Positions 1 to 13,785 of a stretch of DNA of 64,000 nucleotides are shown one piece after another (position 1 is the stretch's first letter; every line of letters begins with the position of its first letter). The notes under the pieces were generated by a model. It was given only the letters and a program-made list of their open reading frames with translations. It made no database searches and was not told the DNA's origin. Source of the DNA: Eledone cirrhosa (Eukaryota); assembly GCA_964016885.1 (NCBI GenBank), contig OZ024760.1:19778001-19842000 (forward strand). Reading direction: 5' to 3'. The position numbers and the translations under genes are program-made.

Positions 1-390
1 TAAAACTAATTTCACAAAAGATCATTAAACACGCTGGTAATAATCGAAATACATCATTTTTACAGCTCCCAATGAGGATGGTCTTTATTGCAAACTTCTG
101 TATATAACTACTGTCAAATTTAATAATGTCAGTGGCAATAGATTTATATAGTTATGTCCACTTTTAGAGCTGTCTTTATATTACAACCTAAAACAAAACC
201 AGACGCATCTGAGAGAACAATACGACACAGCTGCTTTCGCTACTGAGTTTCATTATTAAATACTGATGGTTAGAGAGAGAATAGAGAGGAAATGATGTTG
301 TTTAATGAAGGTGTGTGTGGGTTAGGGGATAGGTTGTTGGGCTCATGATATAAATATATATATAATGTGATATATTATATATATATTACA

Positions 391-579
391 TAATTGTTTC
401 TACTTTAGACACAAGGCCAGCAATTACCCAGTACATTACTGGTACTTTATTTTATCGACCCCGTAAGGATGAAAGGCAAAGTTAACCTCGGCGGGATTTG
501 AACTCAGAATGGCAAGGGCCGTAACTCTATGCGTCAAAGCATGGCGTCCGACTCTCTACCAATACTGCCAATCCACCGC
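391..579 (-). mobile_element. tRNA-derived SINE, family A (Nin/Deu-like core)
   Basis: Reverse complement reads GCGGTGGATTGGCAGTATTGG (A-box-like) ... GAGTTCAAATCC (B box) ... CTTTGCCTTTCATCCTTACGGGGTCGATAAAATAAAGTACCAG (Nin-like core) ... GTAGAAACAATTA. About 20 copies in the window. Confidence 0.85.
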
Positions 580-599
580 TATATATCATATATTATATC

Positions 600-783
600 G
601 GTAGATTGGCAGTATCGGTAGAGGGTCGGACACCATGCTTTCCAGCTTAGTTGCATCCCTTTACGATCTGAGTTCAAATCCCGCCGAGGTTAACTTTGCC
701 TTTCATCCTTACGGGGTCGATAAAATAAAGTACCAGTAATGTACTGGTGAATTGCTGGCCTTGTGCCTAAAGTAGAAACAATT
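600..783 (+). mobile_element. SINE family A, head-to-head with the 391-579 copy
   Basis: Same consensus on the plus strand, about 20 bp from the inverted copy. Confidence 0.85.
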
Positions 784-792
784 ATATTGTAC

Positions 793-888
<96 letters not shown>

Positions 889-959
889 GTCGTCATCATC
901 ACCATCATCATGATGTATGTATAAAATATATATATGTTTATAAAATATATATGTGTTCG

Positions 960-1108
960 GATCTGGCTGTCGAATCTAGCTGTCGAAACGGCCGGAGCTC
1001 TGCCGTTGGGGTCCTGACTCTTTTCCTATTACCCACTCTACTACCCTAAGTATTGAGTACTCTGGTGCATTATGGTCCACCTGGTTCCTTACCACACCTC
1101 CTTTGTTA
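960..1108 (+). repeat. Dispersed repeat family B (copies at 6367-6440 and 11294-11515)
   Basis: Shared CCCTAAGTATTGAGTACTCTGGTGCGTTATGGTCCACCTGGTTCCTTACCAC segment ending in (AT)n. Confidence 0.7.
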
Positions 1109-1128
1109 TTTATAATATACATACATAT

Positions 1129-2248
1129 ATCATCATCATCATCATCATCATCATCAACGTTTAACGTCCGTGTTCCACGCTTGCATGGGTTTGGACGGGG
1201 GTTTTCCCACTTGAGGCAAGAGTGGTTGTCTTGCTCGCATAGGACTGTCTGGCGGGTTTTCTACAGCTGGATGCCCTTCCTAACACCAACCACATTTACA
1301 GTGTGGGGCTGGGAGGTTTTTACCGTGTTGCCTACACGGCCACATTACAGCGTGGACTGTCTGGCGGGTTTTCTACAGCTGGATGCCCTTCCTAACACCA
1401 ACCACATTTACAGTGTGGGGCTGGGAGGTTTTTACCGTGTTGCCTACACGGCCACATTACAGCGTGGACTGTCTGGCGGGTTTTCTACAGCTGGATGCCC
1501 TTCCTAACACCAACCACATTTACAGTGTGGGGCTGGGAGGTTTTTACCGTGTTGCCTACACGGCCACATTACAGCGTGGACTGTCTGGCGGGTTTTCTAC
1601 AGCTGGATGCCCTTCCTAACACCAACCACATTTACAGTGTGGGGCTGGGAGGTTTTTACCGTGTTGCCTACACGGCCACATTACAGCGTGGACTGTCTGG
1701 CAGGTTTTCTACAGCTGGATGCCCTTCCTAACACCAACCACATTTACAGTGTGGGGCTGGGAGGTTTTTACCGTGTTGCCTACACGGCCACATTACAGTG
1801 TGGACTGTCTGGCAGGTTTTCTACAGCTGGATGCCCTTCCTAACACCAACCACATTTACAGTGTGGGACTGGGAGGTTTTTACCGTGTTGCCTACACGGC
1901 CACATTACAGCGTGGACTGTCTGGAAGGTTTTCTACAGCTGGATGCCCTTCCTAACACCAACCACATTTACAGTGTGGGGCTGGCAGGTTTTTACCGTGT
2001 TGCCTACACGGCCACATTTACAGCGTGGACTGTCTGGCAGGTTTTCTACAGTTGGATGCCCTTCCTAACACCAACTACATTTACAGTGTGTGGCTGGGAG
2101 GTTTTTACCGTGTTGCCTACACGGCCACATTACAGCGTGGACTGTCTGGCGGGTTTTCTACAGCTGGATGCCCTTCCTAACACCAACCACATTTACAGTG
2201 TGGGGCTGGCAGGTTTTTACCGTGTTGCCTACACGGCCACATTACAGC

Positions 2249-2250
<2 letters not shown>
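1129..2250 (-). repeat. RTE/SINE 3' tail with an internal 112-bp tandem amplification (about 9 copies)
   Basis: (CAT)n tail and AACGTCC at 1129-1170. Unit GGACTGTCTGGCGGG...CAGCGT repeats every 112 bp from 1242 and contains CAGCTGGATGCCCTTCCTAACACCAACC, as in the RTE 3' UTR. Confidence 0.85.
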
Positions 2251-2306
<56 letters not shown>

Positions 2307-2496
2307 ATGCCGGCATGGAAACATGGACGTTAAATGGTGATGATAATGATAATGATGTTGATGTTGATGTTAATGAATTAATGAAGCTGAAATTTTAATT
2401 ATTTCCTTCCTACCAAAAGCTTGCTATGCAGGATGTCATATGGAGTCAAACAGCAATTAGATGTTTCCATATTTCAGTTCAGGAAGTTTTCATTTT

Positions 2497-2632
2497 CAAA
2501 ATGAGATTTGCCTATCTCAAGACGAGATTTGCTCATCAAAATGAGATTTGCCTATCTCAAGACGAGATTTGCTCATCAAAATGAGATTTGCCTATCTCAA
2601 GACGAGATTTGCTCATCAAAATGAGATTTGCC
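2497..2632. repeat. 40-bp minisatellite, about 3.4 copies
   Basis: CAAAATGAGATTTGCCTATCTCAAGACGAGATTTGCTCAT repeated. Confidence 0.9.
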
Positions 2633-2700
2633 CAATTTCAGATTATTTTCACATTTTACAAATACATGTTTGGATAGTAGGAGAAAAATAAAGCATTTTC

Positions 2701-2750
<50 letters not shown>

Positions 2751-3484
2751 GCATGAATATGGGTATGCGTGTATGTGTGTGTGTTCATGAGTGTGTGTGT
2801 TCTTTGAAACAATGTATCTACTTAGACTCAGATACCTGCAATCGACACACACATACCTACACACACACACACACACCTACACACACGTACACACACACAC
2901 ACCTACACACACACACCTACACACACACACCTACACGCACACACACCTACACACACACACACACACCTACACACCCACACACACCTACACACACACACCT
3001 ACACCCACACCCCTACACACCTACACACACACACACCTACACACACACACCTACACACACACACACCTACACACACCCACACACACCTACACACACACAC
3101 CTACACCCACACCCCTACACACCTACACACACACACACCTACACACACACACCTACACAGACACACACCTACACACACCCACACACACCTACACACACAC
3201 ACCTACACCCACACCCCTACACACCTACACACACACACACCTACACACACACACCTACACACACACACACCTACACACACACACACACCTACACACACAC
3301 ATTAAGACAGTTCTGCTCTAATGTGCTCCAGATATAATTAAGAATTTCATTGCCAGGAAAATTAATTTGAATTCTTGTTGAAGTGAAAAAATATTTTCAA
3401 ACAAAAGATCGAATCCCTTAAGATATTACTGATCTCTCTCTCTCTCTCTATCTATCTATCTCTCTCTCTCGCCTCTCTCTCTCG

Positions 3485-3517
<33 letters not shown>

Positions 3518-3529
3518 CTCTTGCCTCTA

Positions 3530-3563
<34 letters not shown>

Positions 3564-3643
3564 GCCTCTCTATCTCTCTCTTTCTCTCTCTCACTCTCTA
3601 TCTATCTATCTATCTATCTCTCTTGCCTCTCTATCTCTCTCTT

Positions 3644-3678
<35 letters not shown>

Positions 3679-3685
3679 CTCTTGC

Positions 3686-3717
<32 letters not shown>

Positions 3718-3733
3718 CTATCTCTCTCTTGCC

Positions 3734-3795
<62 letters not shown>

Positions 3796-3800
3796 TCTCG

Positions 3801-3835
<35 letters not shown>

Positions 3836-5586
3836 CTCTCTTGCCTCTCTCTCTCTCTCTATATATATATATCTATCTCTCTCTCGCCTCTCTATCTCTC
3901 TCTCTCTCTCTCTCACCTCTCTCTCTCTCTCTCTATCTATCTCTCCTCTCTATCGCCTCTCTCTCTCTCTCTCTCTCTCTCGCCTCTCTCTGCCTGTCTC
4001 TCTATCTCTGACATTCCATCAGTCTCTCTCTCTCTCTCTCTCTCTTTCTTTCTCTGTCTGTCTTTCCCTCAGTCTTTATTACAATGATGGTGATGGTGGT
4101 GGTGGTGGTGGTGGTGGTGATGATGATGGTGGTGGTGGTGACAATGAGGGAGATGATGATGATTATGTTGATGGTGATGGTGGTGGTAATGGTGATGACA
4201 ATGATGATGATGATGATGTTGAGGGTGGCAATGGCAGTGGTGGTAGTGGTAGTGGTGGTAGTGGTGATGATGATGGTAGTGGTAGTGGTGATGGTGGTAG
4301 TGGTGATGATGGTAGTGGTGATGATGGTGGTGGTGGTAGTGGTAGTGGTGGTAGTGGTGATGGTGGTAGTGGTGATGATGGTGGTGGTGGTAGTGGTAGT
4401 GGTAGTAGTAGTGGTAGTGGTAGTGGTAGTGGTAGTGGTGATGATGGTAGTGGTAGTGGTAGTGGTTGTGGTGATGATAGTAGTGGTAGTAGTAGTGGTA
4501 GTGGTGATGATGGTAGTGGTAGTAGTAGTGGTAGTGGTGATGATGGTAGTGGTAGTAGTAGTGGTAGTGGTGATGGTGGTAGTGGTAGTAGTAGTGGTAG
4601 TGGTTGTGGTGATGATAGTAGTGGTAGTAGTAGTGGTAGTGGTGATGATGGTAGTAGTAGTGGTGATGATGGTAGTGGTAGTAGTAGTGGTAGTGGTGAT
4701 GATGGTAGTGGTAGTGGTGATGATGGTAGTGGTAGTGGTGATGATAGTAGTGGTAGTGGTAGTGGTAGTGGTGATGATGGTAGTGGTAGTAGTAGTGGTA
4801 GTGGTGATGATGGTAGTAGTAGTGGTGATGATGGTAGTGGTAGTAGTAGTGGTAGTGGTTGTGGTGATGATAGTAGTGGTGATGATAGTGGTAGTAGTAG
4901 TGGTAGTGGTAGTGGTAATGATGGTAGTGGTAGTAGTAGTGGTAGTGGTGATATCAATGAACAAGAGATGTCCCTACAACAAAACCGGTAGAGTAACATA
5001 TTTTGACATTTGATAAATGTTACGTCTCAAGTAATCTATGATTCCATAGGAGATATATTATAATAAACATGTATGTTGAAGTAGAAATATATGTTCTAAT
5101 GTGTGTATATATATATATATACACACACATTATATATATATATCTGTTCTAATGTGTGTATATATATATATATACACACACATTATATATATATATATAT
5201 GTTCTAATGTGTGTATATATATATATGTTCTAATGTGTTTATATATATATATATACACACACACACGTTATATATATATGTTCTAATGTGTGTATATATA
5301 TGTTCTAATGTGTTTATATATATATATATATATACACACACACGTTATATATATATGTTCTAATGTGTGTATATATATATATGTTCTAATGTGTTTATAT
5401 ATATATATATATATACACACATTATATATATATATGTTCTAATGTGTGTATATATATATACACACACATTATATATATATATATGTTCTAATGTGTGTAT
5501 ATATATATATATATATATATGTTCTAATGTGTTTATATATATATATATATAGACACACATTATATATATATATGATCTAATTTGTG

Positions 5587-5620
<34 letters not shown>

Positions 5621-5910
5621 TTATATATATATATATATATATGATCTAATGTGTGTATATATATATATATACACACACATTATATATATATATATGTTCT
5701 AATGTGTGTATATATATATATGTTCTAATGTGTTTATTTATATATATATACACACACATTATATATATATATGATCTAATGTGTGTATATATATATATAT
5801 ATATATACACACACATTATATATATATATGTTCTAATGTGTGTATATATATATATGTTCTAATGTGTTTATATATATATACACACACACATTATATATAT
5901 ATATGTTCTA

Positions 5911-5953
<43 letters not shown>

Positions 5954-5977
5954 TTATATATATATATATATGATCTA

Positions 5978-6017
<40 letters not shown>

Positions 6018-6440
6018 TATATATATATATGTTCTAATGTGTGTATATATATATATAGACACACATTATATATATATATGTTCTAATGTGTGTATATATA
6101 TACACACACACACATTATATATATATATATGTTCTAATGTGTGTGTATATATATATATACATATATATACACACACATTATATATATGTGTGTGTGTATA
6201 TGTCCTTAGTACATCCATTTTTCCATGCTTGCATAAGTTATATATGTGTAAGTGGATATATATATATAATATATATATATATATATAATCATCAACATCA
6301 TCATCATTTTATGTCTGCTTTTCCCTGCTTGCATATTTTATGATATGTATAAGTATTTATATATGTAACCCTAAGTATTAAGTATTGAGTACTTTGGTGC
6401 GTTATGGTCCACCTGGTTCCTTACCACATTTCCTTCGTTA

Positions 6441-6478
<38 letters not shown>

Positions 6479-6526
6479 TATAGATATGTATATACATATA
6501 TATATAGATAAATAGATATATTATAC

Positions 6527-6560
<34 letters not shown>

Positions 6561-7428
6561 TTCTTTATTTACCATAAAGGCTATAAATATATATATATAG
6601 AGAGATGAGATTCTACAGGACTAGAACTGTTTCATTCTTTAGAAATCATCAGGAATCTGTGATATATATATATATATATTATACACATATATATATATAT
6701 ATTATATATGTATTATACATATACATTATACATATATATATACACATATATACATATATATATACACATAATATATATATATATATTATATATATGTGTA
6801 TATATAATATATATATATATACACATAATATATATATATTATACATATATATTATACATATATATGTGTATATATAATATATACATATATACATATATAT
6901 ATTATACATATATATGTGTATATATAATATATACATATATATATAAACATAATATATATATTATACATATATATTATACATATATATATATTATACATAT
7001 ATATATATATATATTATACATATATATTATACATATATATATATATTATACATATATATATATATTATACATATAATATATATATATTATACATATAATA
7101 TATATATTATACATATAATATATATATATTATACATATAATATATATATATTATACATATATATATATATATTATACATATATATATATATATTATACAT
7201 ATATATATATTATACATATATATATATATATATTATACATATATATTATACATATATATATATATTATACATATATATATATATTATACATATAATATAT
7301 ATATATTATACATATAATATATATATATTATACATATATATATATATATTATACATATATATATATATATATAATACATATATATATTATACATATATAT
7401 ATATACATTAGATATATATATATATATA

Positions 7429-7485
<57 letters not shown>
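2701..7485. repeat. Compound microsatellite field: (GT)n, (CA)n/CCTACA, (CT)n, (GGT/AGT/GAT)n, (AT)n
   Basis: Directly visible. (CT)n at about 3432-4070, GGT/AGT/GAT at 4084-4950, GTTCTAATGTGT(AT)n units at 5090-6180, ATTATAC(AT)n at 6660-7485. Confidence 0.95.
6608..6658 (-). ncRNA. Type I hammerhead ribozyme motif
   Basis: Minus strand: AGATTC-CTGATGA-T-TTC-TAAA-GAA-T-GAAA-CAG-TTCTAGTC-CTG-TA-GAATCT. Helix I 6 bp, helix III ACAG/CTGT, GUA triplet; helix II is weak with a U-U closing pair. Confidence 0.6.
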
Positions 7486-7744
7486 CATGTCGTACATAAC
7501 TAAGCAGAGATCTGAGATAAAACAATGCCAAATATCAAAGATGTTCTCATTTGAAGGTCAACTTTACTTTTAAGTTTCTTCTTATTAGAAAGAAACAAAC
7601 CTAGAAATTATTGATTAGTTTCAGATACCGTTTATTGCTTCCGAGAAATGTTCTTTTGTAATGCAGTACTAACTACAGACATCTCTTCTAATAAAGAAGG
7701 ATACGATAGCATGTGGCATACTTTTGTTAATGTTTTCAGGTGCC

Positions 7745-8180
7745 CAGGTAGCTATGGACATAAATAGATACACAGAGGCCCCCTGAAAGGTTCCTACATT
7801 GGTATATGGACATAAATAGATACACAGAGGCCTGCTGAAAGTACCTACATTGGTTTATGGCCATAGATAGATACACACCCCTCAACAAACTAATAGATTT
7901 AGGTACTCAGGTAACTATGGACATACATAGACACACAGAGACCCTCTGAAAGGTTCCTATATTGGCATATGAACATACAGATACACAGAGGCCCTCTTAA
8001 ACTTTTGTATATAGACATACACAGATACACACCCCTCAACAAACTAACAGATTTAGGTACCAGGTAGCTATAGACATACATAGCTACATAGAGACCCTCC
8101 TAAGCTTCCTACACTGGTATATGGACATATATAGATACTCACAGACCCTTTTAAGCTTTGACATATGGACATACACAGAC
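7745..8180. repeat. Degenerate tandem repeat (TATGGACATA...GATACACAGAGGCCC)
   Basis: Recurring motif with variable period. Confidence 0.6.
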
Positions 8181-8449
8181 ACTCACTCTTCAATCTGCCT
8201 ACATTGTCTCATCAGAATATCTGTCTAGGTCTTTTCAGGTGAGTCTGTGCTTGATATTCTCCCTAGTGCTGGTGCCATGGTAAAATAGACCTCTAGCACA
8301 CACTCTGTAGAGTGGGTGAATATATGTAAGCAGGACACAGTCCCCCTCCCTCCCAGGCCAGTCTGAGAGGTCACAGGGCTCTGATTAAATACTGACTTGG
8401 TCTATAATGACCCAGCTAAACCTTGCTAGCAAAGAAAACTTAAATCCAA

Positions 8450-8685
8450 ACCTCATTTTTACGTAGTTTCAAGTTGGTGTAAATCCTCAAAATATTGACC
8501 CCCCCAAATATAAGCTGACCCTATCATTTTATGTTTGAGAAGGGCAAAAATCTAAACCTTATTTATGTAGAATTTGAAGTTTGGTAAATCATCAAAATAT
8601 TGATCCCAAGTATAAGCCAACCCCTACTCCTACCATCGATTTTTTGGTCACATATCCCTCGGCTTATATTCAAGTATACACGGTA
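8450..8685. mobile_element. Tc2/pogo-like DNA transposon end fragment
   Basis: Ends GGCTTATATTCAAGTATACACGG-TA, the reverse complement of a CCGTATATACTCGAGTATAAGCC-type TIR; internal TATAAGCCAACCC motifs. Confidence 0.5.
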
Positions 8686-9369
8686 CTTATTTCTATTCCC
8701 TCTTAATAAATGCTAATCACTTAATTAAAATGGTTTATTCCATTTCATTTGAATTCCAAAATTTATAGAAAATTTTGTCAAACATTAGAATCTACTCTTT
8801 AATCATTTAAATTTTTAGACTATTCAAATAAAATAAAAATTCAATATTAAATCAAATCTGATATTTTGAGTTGCCAGATCCAGATTTAATTAAAGCTCTC
8901 TTAACAACAAATAGATGACCTCATTAAAACAACCCTGATATTTAATTAATGTTTTGTTCTATTCCAAATAATGAATAGGCGCGTAATTCATATGTTGGGG
9001 AAAAAGTGAAAAGCTTTCAAGAAATGGAGAGGATGAAACTCAAATACAATTTTGTGTAGTTGCAATAATGATTTCAAAAATATTTCATATCATTTTTACA
9101 GAAAAAAATTCTAAGATAAAAAATATTGCAACGAAATTTATGATATAAACAAAATTAACTCAAATATCGAGTTTTGAAAACAGATGTGTATTTGAATTTG
9201 TAGAAAAATGGAAAAATTCAGCGTATGGAAGCTGTAAAAACAGCAAAATGCTGCCGAAACGGCGTTGGGTAAAACATTACTTCGAAGGACAGAGATCAGC
9301 AGCTCGAACAGTGAATTAACTTGAAGAATTGGTAGGAAGGAAGAAATAGAATGGATGAGAGGAGATTAC

Positions 9370-9466
9370 AAACATTAAAATATGGCTCATCAGATTTCAG
9401 ACCACCTGCAGTTTCAATGATTTAACTGCTGGTGCTTTGAGATCTGATGAGAGTATTTTAATGTTT
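9370..9466. repeat. Imperfect 97-bp palindrome/hairpin
   Basis: AAACATTAAAATAT..CTCATCAGATTTCAGA..GCAGTT pairs with AACTGC..TTTGAGATCTGATGAG..GTATTTTAATGTTT. Confidence 0.75.
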
Positions 9467-9499
9467 TTGATCTGGATGCCCATCCGAACACTAACAACG

Positions 9500-10020
9500 T
9501 ATACATTGTGGAACTGGGTGGTCATTTTATGAAGGTCTGGCCAGTTGGCCATGCCATACCCTGCTTGCATCAGAACCATAATTTGGGAGCTGGGTGGTCC
9601 CATTGTGAGGGGGAATCTGACCAGTAGACCGCACCAAGCATTACCCATAGTGGAGCTCTGGGTGACATTGTTATGTGGAGGGCCTGACCAGTTAACTGTG
9701 CTGTGTTGGAACCATAGTTTGGGAGATGGGTGATCCCATTGTGAGGGTAGGTCAGGCAAGTTGATTGTACCAAACCTTACTCATAGTGGAGCCGTGTTAC
9801 AGGGAGGTCCTGTTACAAGCCAAATATAGTGAGAGGGCCACACCATACTTTGTACAATATCAGAACCATTGCTGTGTTTTGGGATCTGGGGGGTCCCATT
9901 ATGAAGGAAGTCAGGCCAGTAGACCATACCAAGGATTACTCATAGTGGAGCTGTGTTACAGGGAAGCCCTGTTATGAGCCAAGTCTGGCCAGATAGCTGC
10001 ACTAACCCCTGCATATATCA
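9500..10020. repeat. Degenerate GC-richer tandem repeat
   Basis: Recurring AGAACCAT...TTTGGGA..TGGG..GTCCCATT and TTACTCATAGTGGAGC motifs. Confidence 0.6.
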
Positions 10021-10304
10021 GAAATATGTATGGTGTAAAAATCAATAGTAAGTATTTTAAATTTTAAATTTTAAATTCAAAATGTCTGAGACTATGTAAA
10101 TAATATTCTATAATTCCAATCATCGCTATGGTTACAATATGAAAGAGATAATTACAATAGCAAAGAAAAACAATTACCATATTGATAATAACAATATCAA
10201 AATGTCATTGAAATAAGAGGTCGATGACATTTGTGTCACAGTCAATATCAATTTCTATAGATCAAACACACATGTACATATATAGATGTCTGTGTGTGTG
10301 TGTC

Positions 10305-10337
<33 letters not shown>

Positions 10338-10344
10338 GTCTGTC

Positions 10345-10381
<37 letters not shown>

Positions 10382-10798
10382 GTGGGTGTGTGTGTATATA
10401 TTATAATAGTTAATAAATGAAACAAACAAAACACAGGAGGCAATTTTTACACATTTATATATATATACATATATATATACATATACATATATATATCTAT
10501 ACATATATATATATATACATATATATATACGATATTAATAAATGGAAACTATATTTATAAAACCATATTTATTTCATTATACATATTTCGAGTGCTTTAT
10601 ATCAGTTATAAAAATATTTACTTGTTGTATCCCAACAATTTTAAATAGAACTTTTGCATACATATATATATATATATATTTTTTTTTTCAATGTTGTCTA
10701 CACTTCGTGGTCGAGTCCAGACCTGTTATTTTTATCTAAAGACATTTTTTCCAATTCCAACCCACCCGTCCTCTCAATCTATCTAATTTCTCATTCTT

Positions 10799-10834
10799 TC
10801 TTCTGATGAAGGACTAGCGTCTGAAACGTTAAGA
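10799..10834 (+). ncRNA. Minimal PLE-type hammerhead ribozyme within a dispersed repeat (about 10745-10915)
   Basis: TCTT-CTGATGA-A-GGAC-TAGC-GTCT-GAAA-CG-TT-AAGA. Helix I TCTT/AAGA, palindromic ACGT helix III, GUU triplet. A second copy lies at 47500. Confidence 0.7.
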
Positions 10835-11293
10835 CCCTCTTCCTGCTATTTCAATCGTTAACCTAATATATTCCTTCCATATACTGTACCGATTGTGTTG
10901 TTATTTCTGTTTGCCTTTTACATACATACATAATATATATTGTTAAATTGTTATACTTTGTTAGGGTCATCCTGCCAATAAAAACACACACACCTGTTGG
11001 TTTTCACTTCAATTTATTATAAATTTGTGATTGGTTGGTTGGTTTGTTCGATAACTGGATGGTTGTTTATATATTGTCAATGCTCTTTCATCACATATTC
11101 TGTGGCCTCCTCAATGACTGGGTTTTTATTTTGAGTCTCTCCTTTATTCTGTTCTACACCATCTTGCATTTAAATCCTGAATCTAATAAGACTTTTTGTA
11201 CCTCTGTTTTGTCGTTTATATAATGATATATATATATATATTATCATCATCATCATCATCATCTTCGTTTAACATCCATTTTCATATATATAT

Positions 11294-11511
11294 ATAGGAA
11301 AAAGTATGACCCCGACGGTAGAACTCAAGCCGTTTCGGTGGCTATTTCTGGACGGCTATTTTGACGGCTATTTCTGGACAGAAATAGCCGTCGAAACGGC
11401 TTCAGCTCTGCCGTTGGGGTCATACTTTTTCCTATTACCCACTCTACTACCCTAAGTATTGAGTACTCTGGTGCGTTATGGTCCATCTGGTTCCTTACCA
11501 CAATTCCTTTG

Positions 11512-11515
<4 letters not shown>
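11294..11515 (+). mobile_element. Repeat family B copy with a 57-bp inverted 5' duplication
   Basis: Arms 11294-11350 and 11379-11435 are inverted; the spacer is built of GGCTATTT repeats. Confidence 0.7.
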
Positions 11516-11588
<73 letters not shown>

Positions 11589-11903
11589 GGTATGTATTTA
11601 GTGCTTGTTATTGATATGTTGAAATATATTTAATTGCAAGACAATAGGGAGATATAGTAATAATAGATTATTTATATACATAGTAATATTATTTTATGAC
11701 TTATTTGAAACTGTGTGAGAAGGACTTAGTTTAGTTGGCTTGGAGCTTAGTTGTATCTCAAGAGTGCACTGAAATATCAGTTATATAGAGTAGATATACA
11801 TACAGGCACACATAATTGAGATTACATATATACATAACATTAAGACATTTTTCCAACTATGTTACAAATATAACATAATTGCCTTTATGGTCCTCCTATG
11901 TTG

Positions 11904-11952
<49 letters not shown>

Positions 11953-12299
11953 ATATAAATAAATTTGTTGAATAACCAACAAATTAAATATCTCTTTGCT
12001 TATATGTATATATATATGTGTGTGTGTCTATATATATATATATGTATATATATATATGTATATATATATATATGCGTATATATATATGTGTGTGTATGTC
12101 TATATATATATTTACATATATATATATATGTATATATATATATGTATATATATATATGTATATATATATATGTGTGTGTATGTCTATATATATATATTTA
12201 CATATATATATATATGTGTATGTCTATATATATCATCATCATCATCATCATCATACGTCCGCTTTACCCTGGTTGTGTGTGTGTGTGTATGTATATATA

Positions 12300-12332
<33 letters not shown>

Positions 12333-12367
12333 TTACATATATATGTTTGTGAATATATATATGTATA

Positions 12368-12481
<114 letters not shown>

Positions 12482-13785
12482 TTATATATCAGATTTCATG
12501 ATAATTTTCTCTGAAATAGTTTTATATTTCCCAAACATGAAAAGACATTCAATAATTATGTTTTTTTTTTTCCTCCTCACATTGAAGAGTTATTTTATTT
12601 GTTTTCTAAAGTCATCTTAGATAAACATATTTCTCAAACAGAACCACAGAAATGGTTCTCTAAAGACTAATTCTTTTCTGAGGTACTAAAAAATCTGAAA
12701 CTAATTCCCTAAAAATTGGTGTTAATGAGAATTTTATGTTACAATTCTAGGAACATTTCGGTATTTTTTTATTTTTATTTTGGGTTCTTTTTTTTTTGTT
12801 GCCTTTCATCTGTAATGATTTGAACTGAGGTCATAAAGGGACGTAACTCTATGCTGTAAAGCATGGCATCCTTACCTCTACCAATACTCGCAATTCACCA
12901 CCTTTAATAATAATAATAATGATGATGGTTTCTGATTTAGGCAGAATATCAGCAATTTTTGGGGATTGAAGGGAAAAGTTGATTAAATCGACCCCAGTGT
13001 GTTACTGCTACTTTATTTTATCAACCCCTGAACTCAGACATAAAGAACCAAAACAAATGCTGCTAAGCATTTGTCCAATGCTCTACTGATTCTGCCAATC
13101 AGCCTACCATCAATAATAATAGTTTCTGGTTTAGTGGAGAGTAGAAAAGTTGATTAAATTGACCCCAGTGTGTTACTGGTACTGGTAAACAAACACAGGT
13201 TTAGCCACTAAGGGCTACAGATGGAGAAAAGCTAACCAGCTCCCTAAGGTCCTGGTTATCTTAGCAATGTAAAGGTAACAAAGGTTCAATGTATAATTTT
13301 GTATAATAATGGAAATTATAGCAAACTTACAGGAGTGATGGAAACCAATTCTCGAAAGACACAACAAAGATAATACAAATAGAAATAATAATAAAAATAA
13401 AACTAATAAAAATAAAAATAATATTATTTACTGTGTGCCACCCTGGGCAAGTGTCTTCTTATGTAGGAAATTAAAAACTAGATAGGAAATGTTACTCACG
13501 ATATTTATCAAAATCTTGTACTTACCTGAAAGAAAAGAAAAGAGAAAGACATTAATTATTTTCAGTTTTATCACATTCAAGATAAAAAAATATATATTTC
13601 TTTAAACTTTCACAGAGAATATATTATAGTGATATGAATGAGATTGTATCCCTTCTAAAGTAGGGGTTAGCTTCACAGACTCCATGACAGATTCTGTATT
13701 GATTATGGGAACTTTTGGGGTACAATCTTTAACAGCCAGATGTCCTTTTTTGGTGCTAACATTTTTAATTTTTAATCACATCTCA

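Noticed and set aside
1103-2398. Repeated 78-aa ORFs (MPFLTPTTFTV...)
   Set aside because: Antisense translation of a tandemly amplified retroelement tail.
3729-5013. Long Gly/Ser/Asp, poly-Thr and poly-Val ORFs
   Set aside because: Trinucleotide microsatellite open in several frames.
8205-8220. CTGATGA on the minus strand; also CTGAAGA at 15034, 34691 and 41291
   Set aside because: No correctly placed GAAA with pairing helices.
10572-10592. Half hammerhead motifs: CGAAATATGTATA (minus, here), CGAAACATAAGTC (47051) and GAAACAATTGTT (55093)
   Set aside because: Only the GAAA-helix III-NUH half is present with no CUGANGA partner; possibly truncated relics but not supportable.
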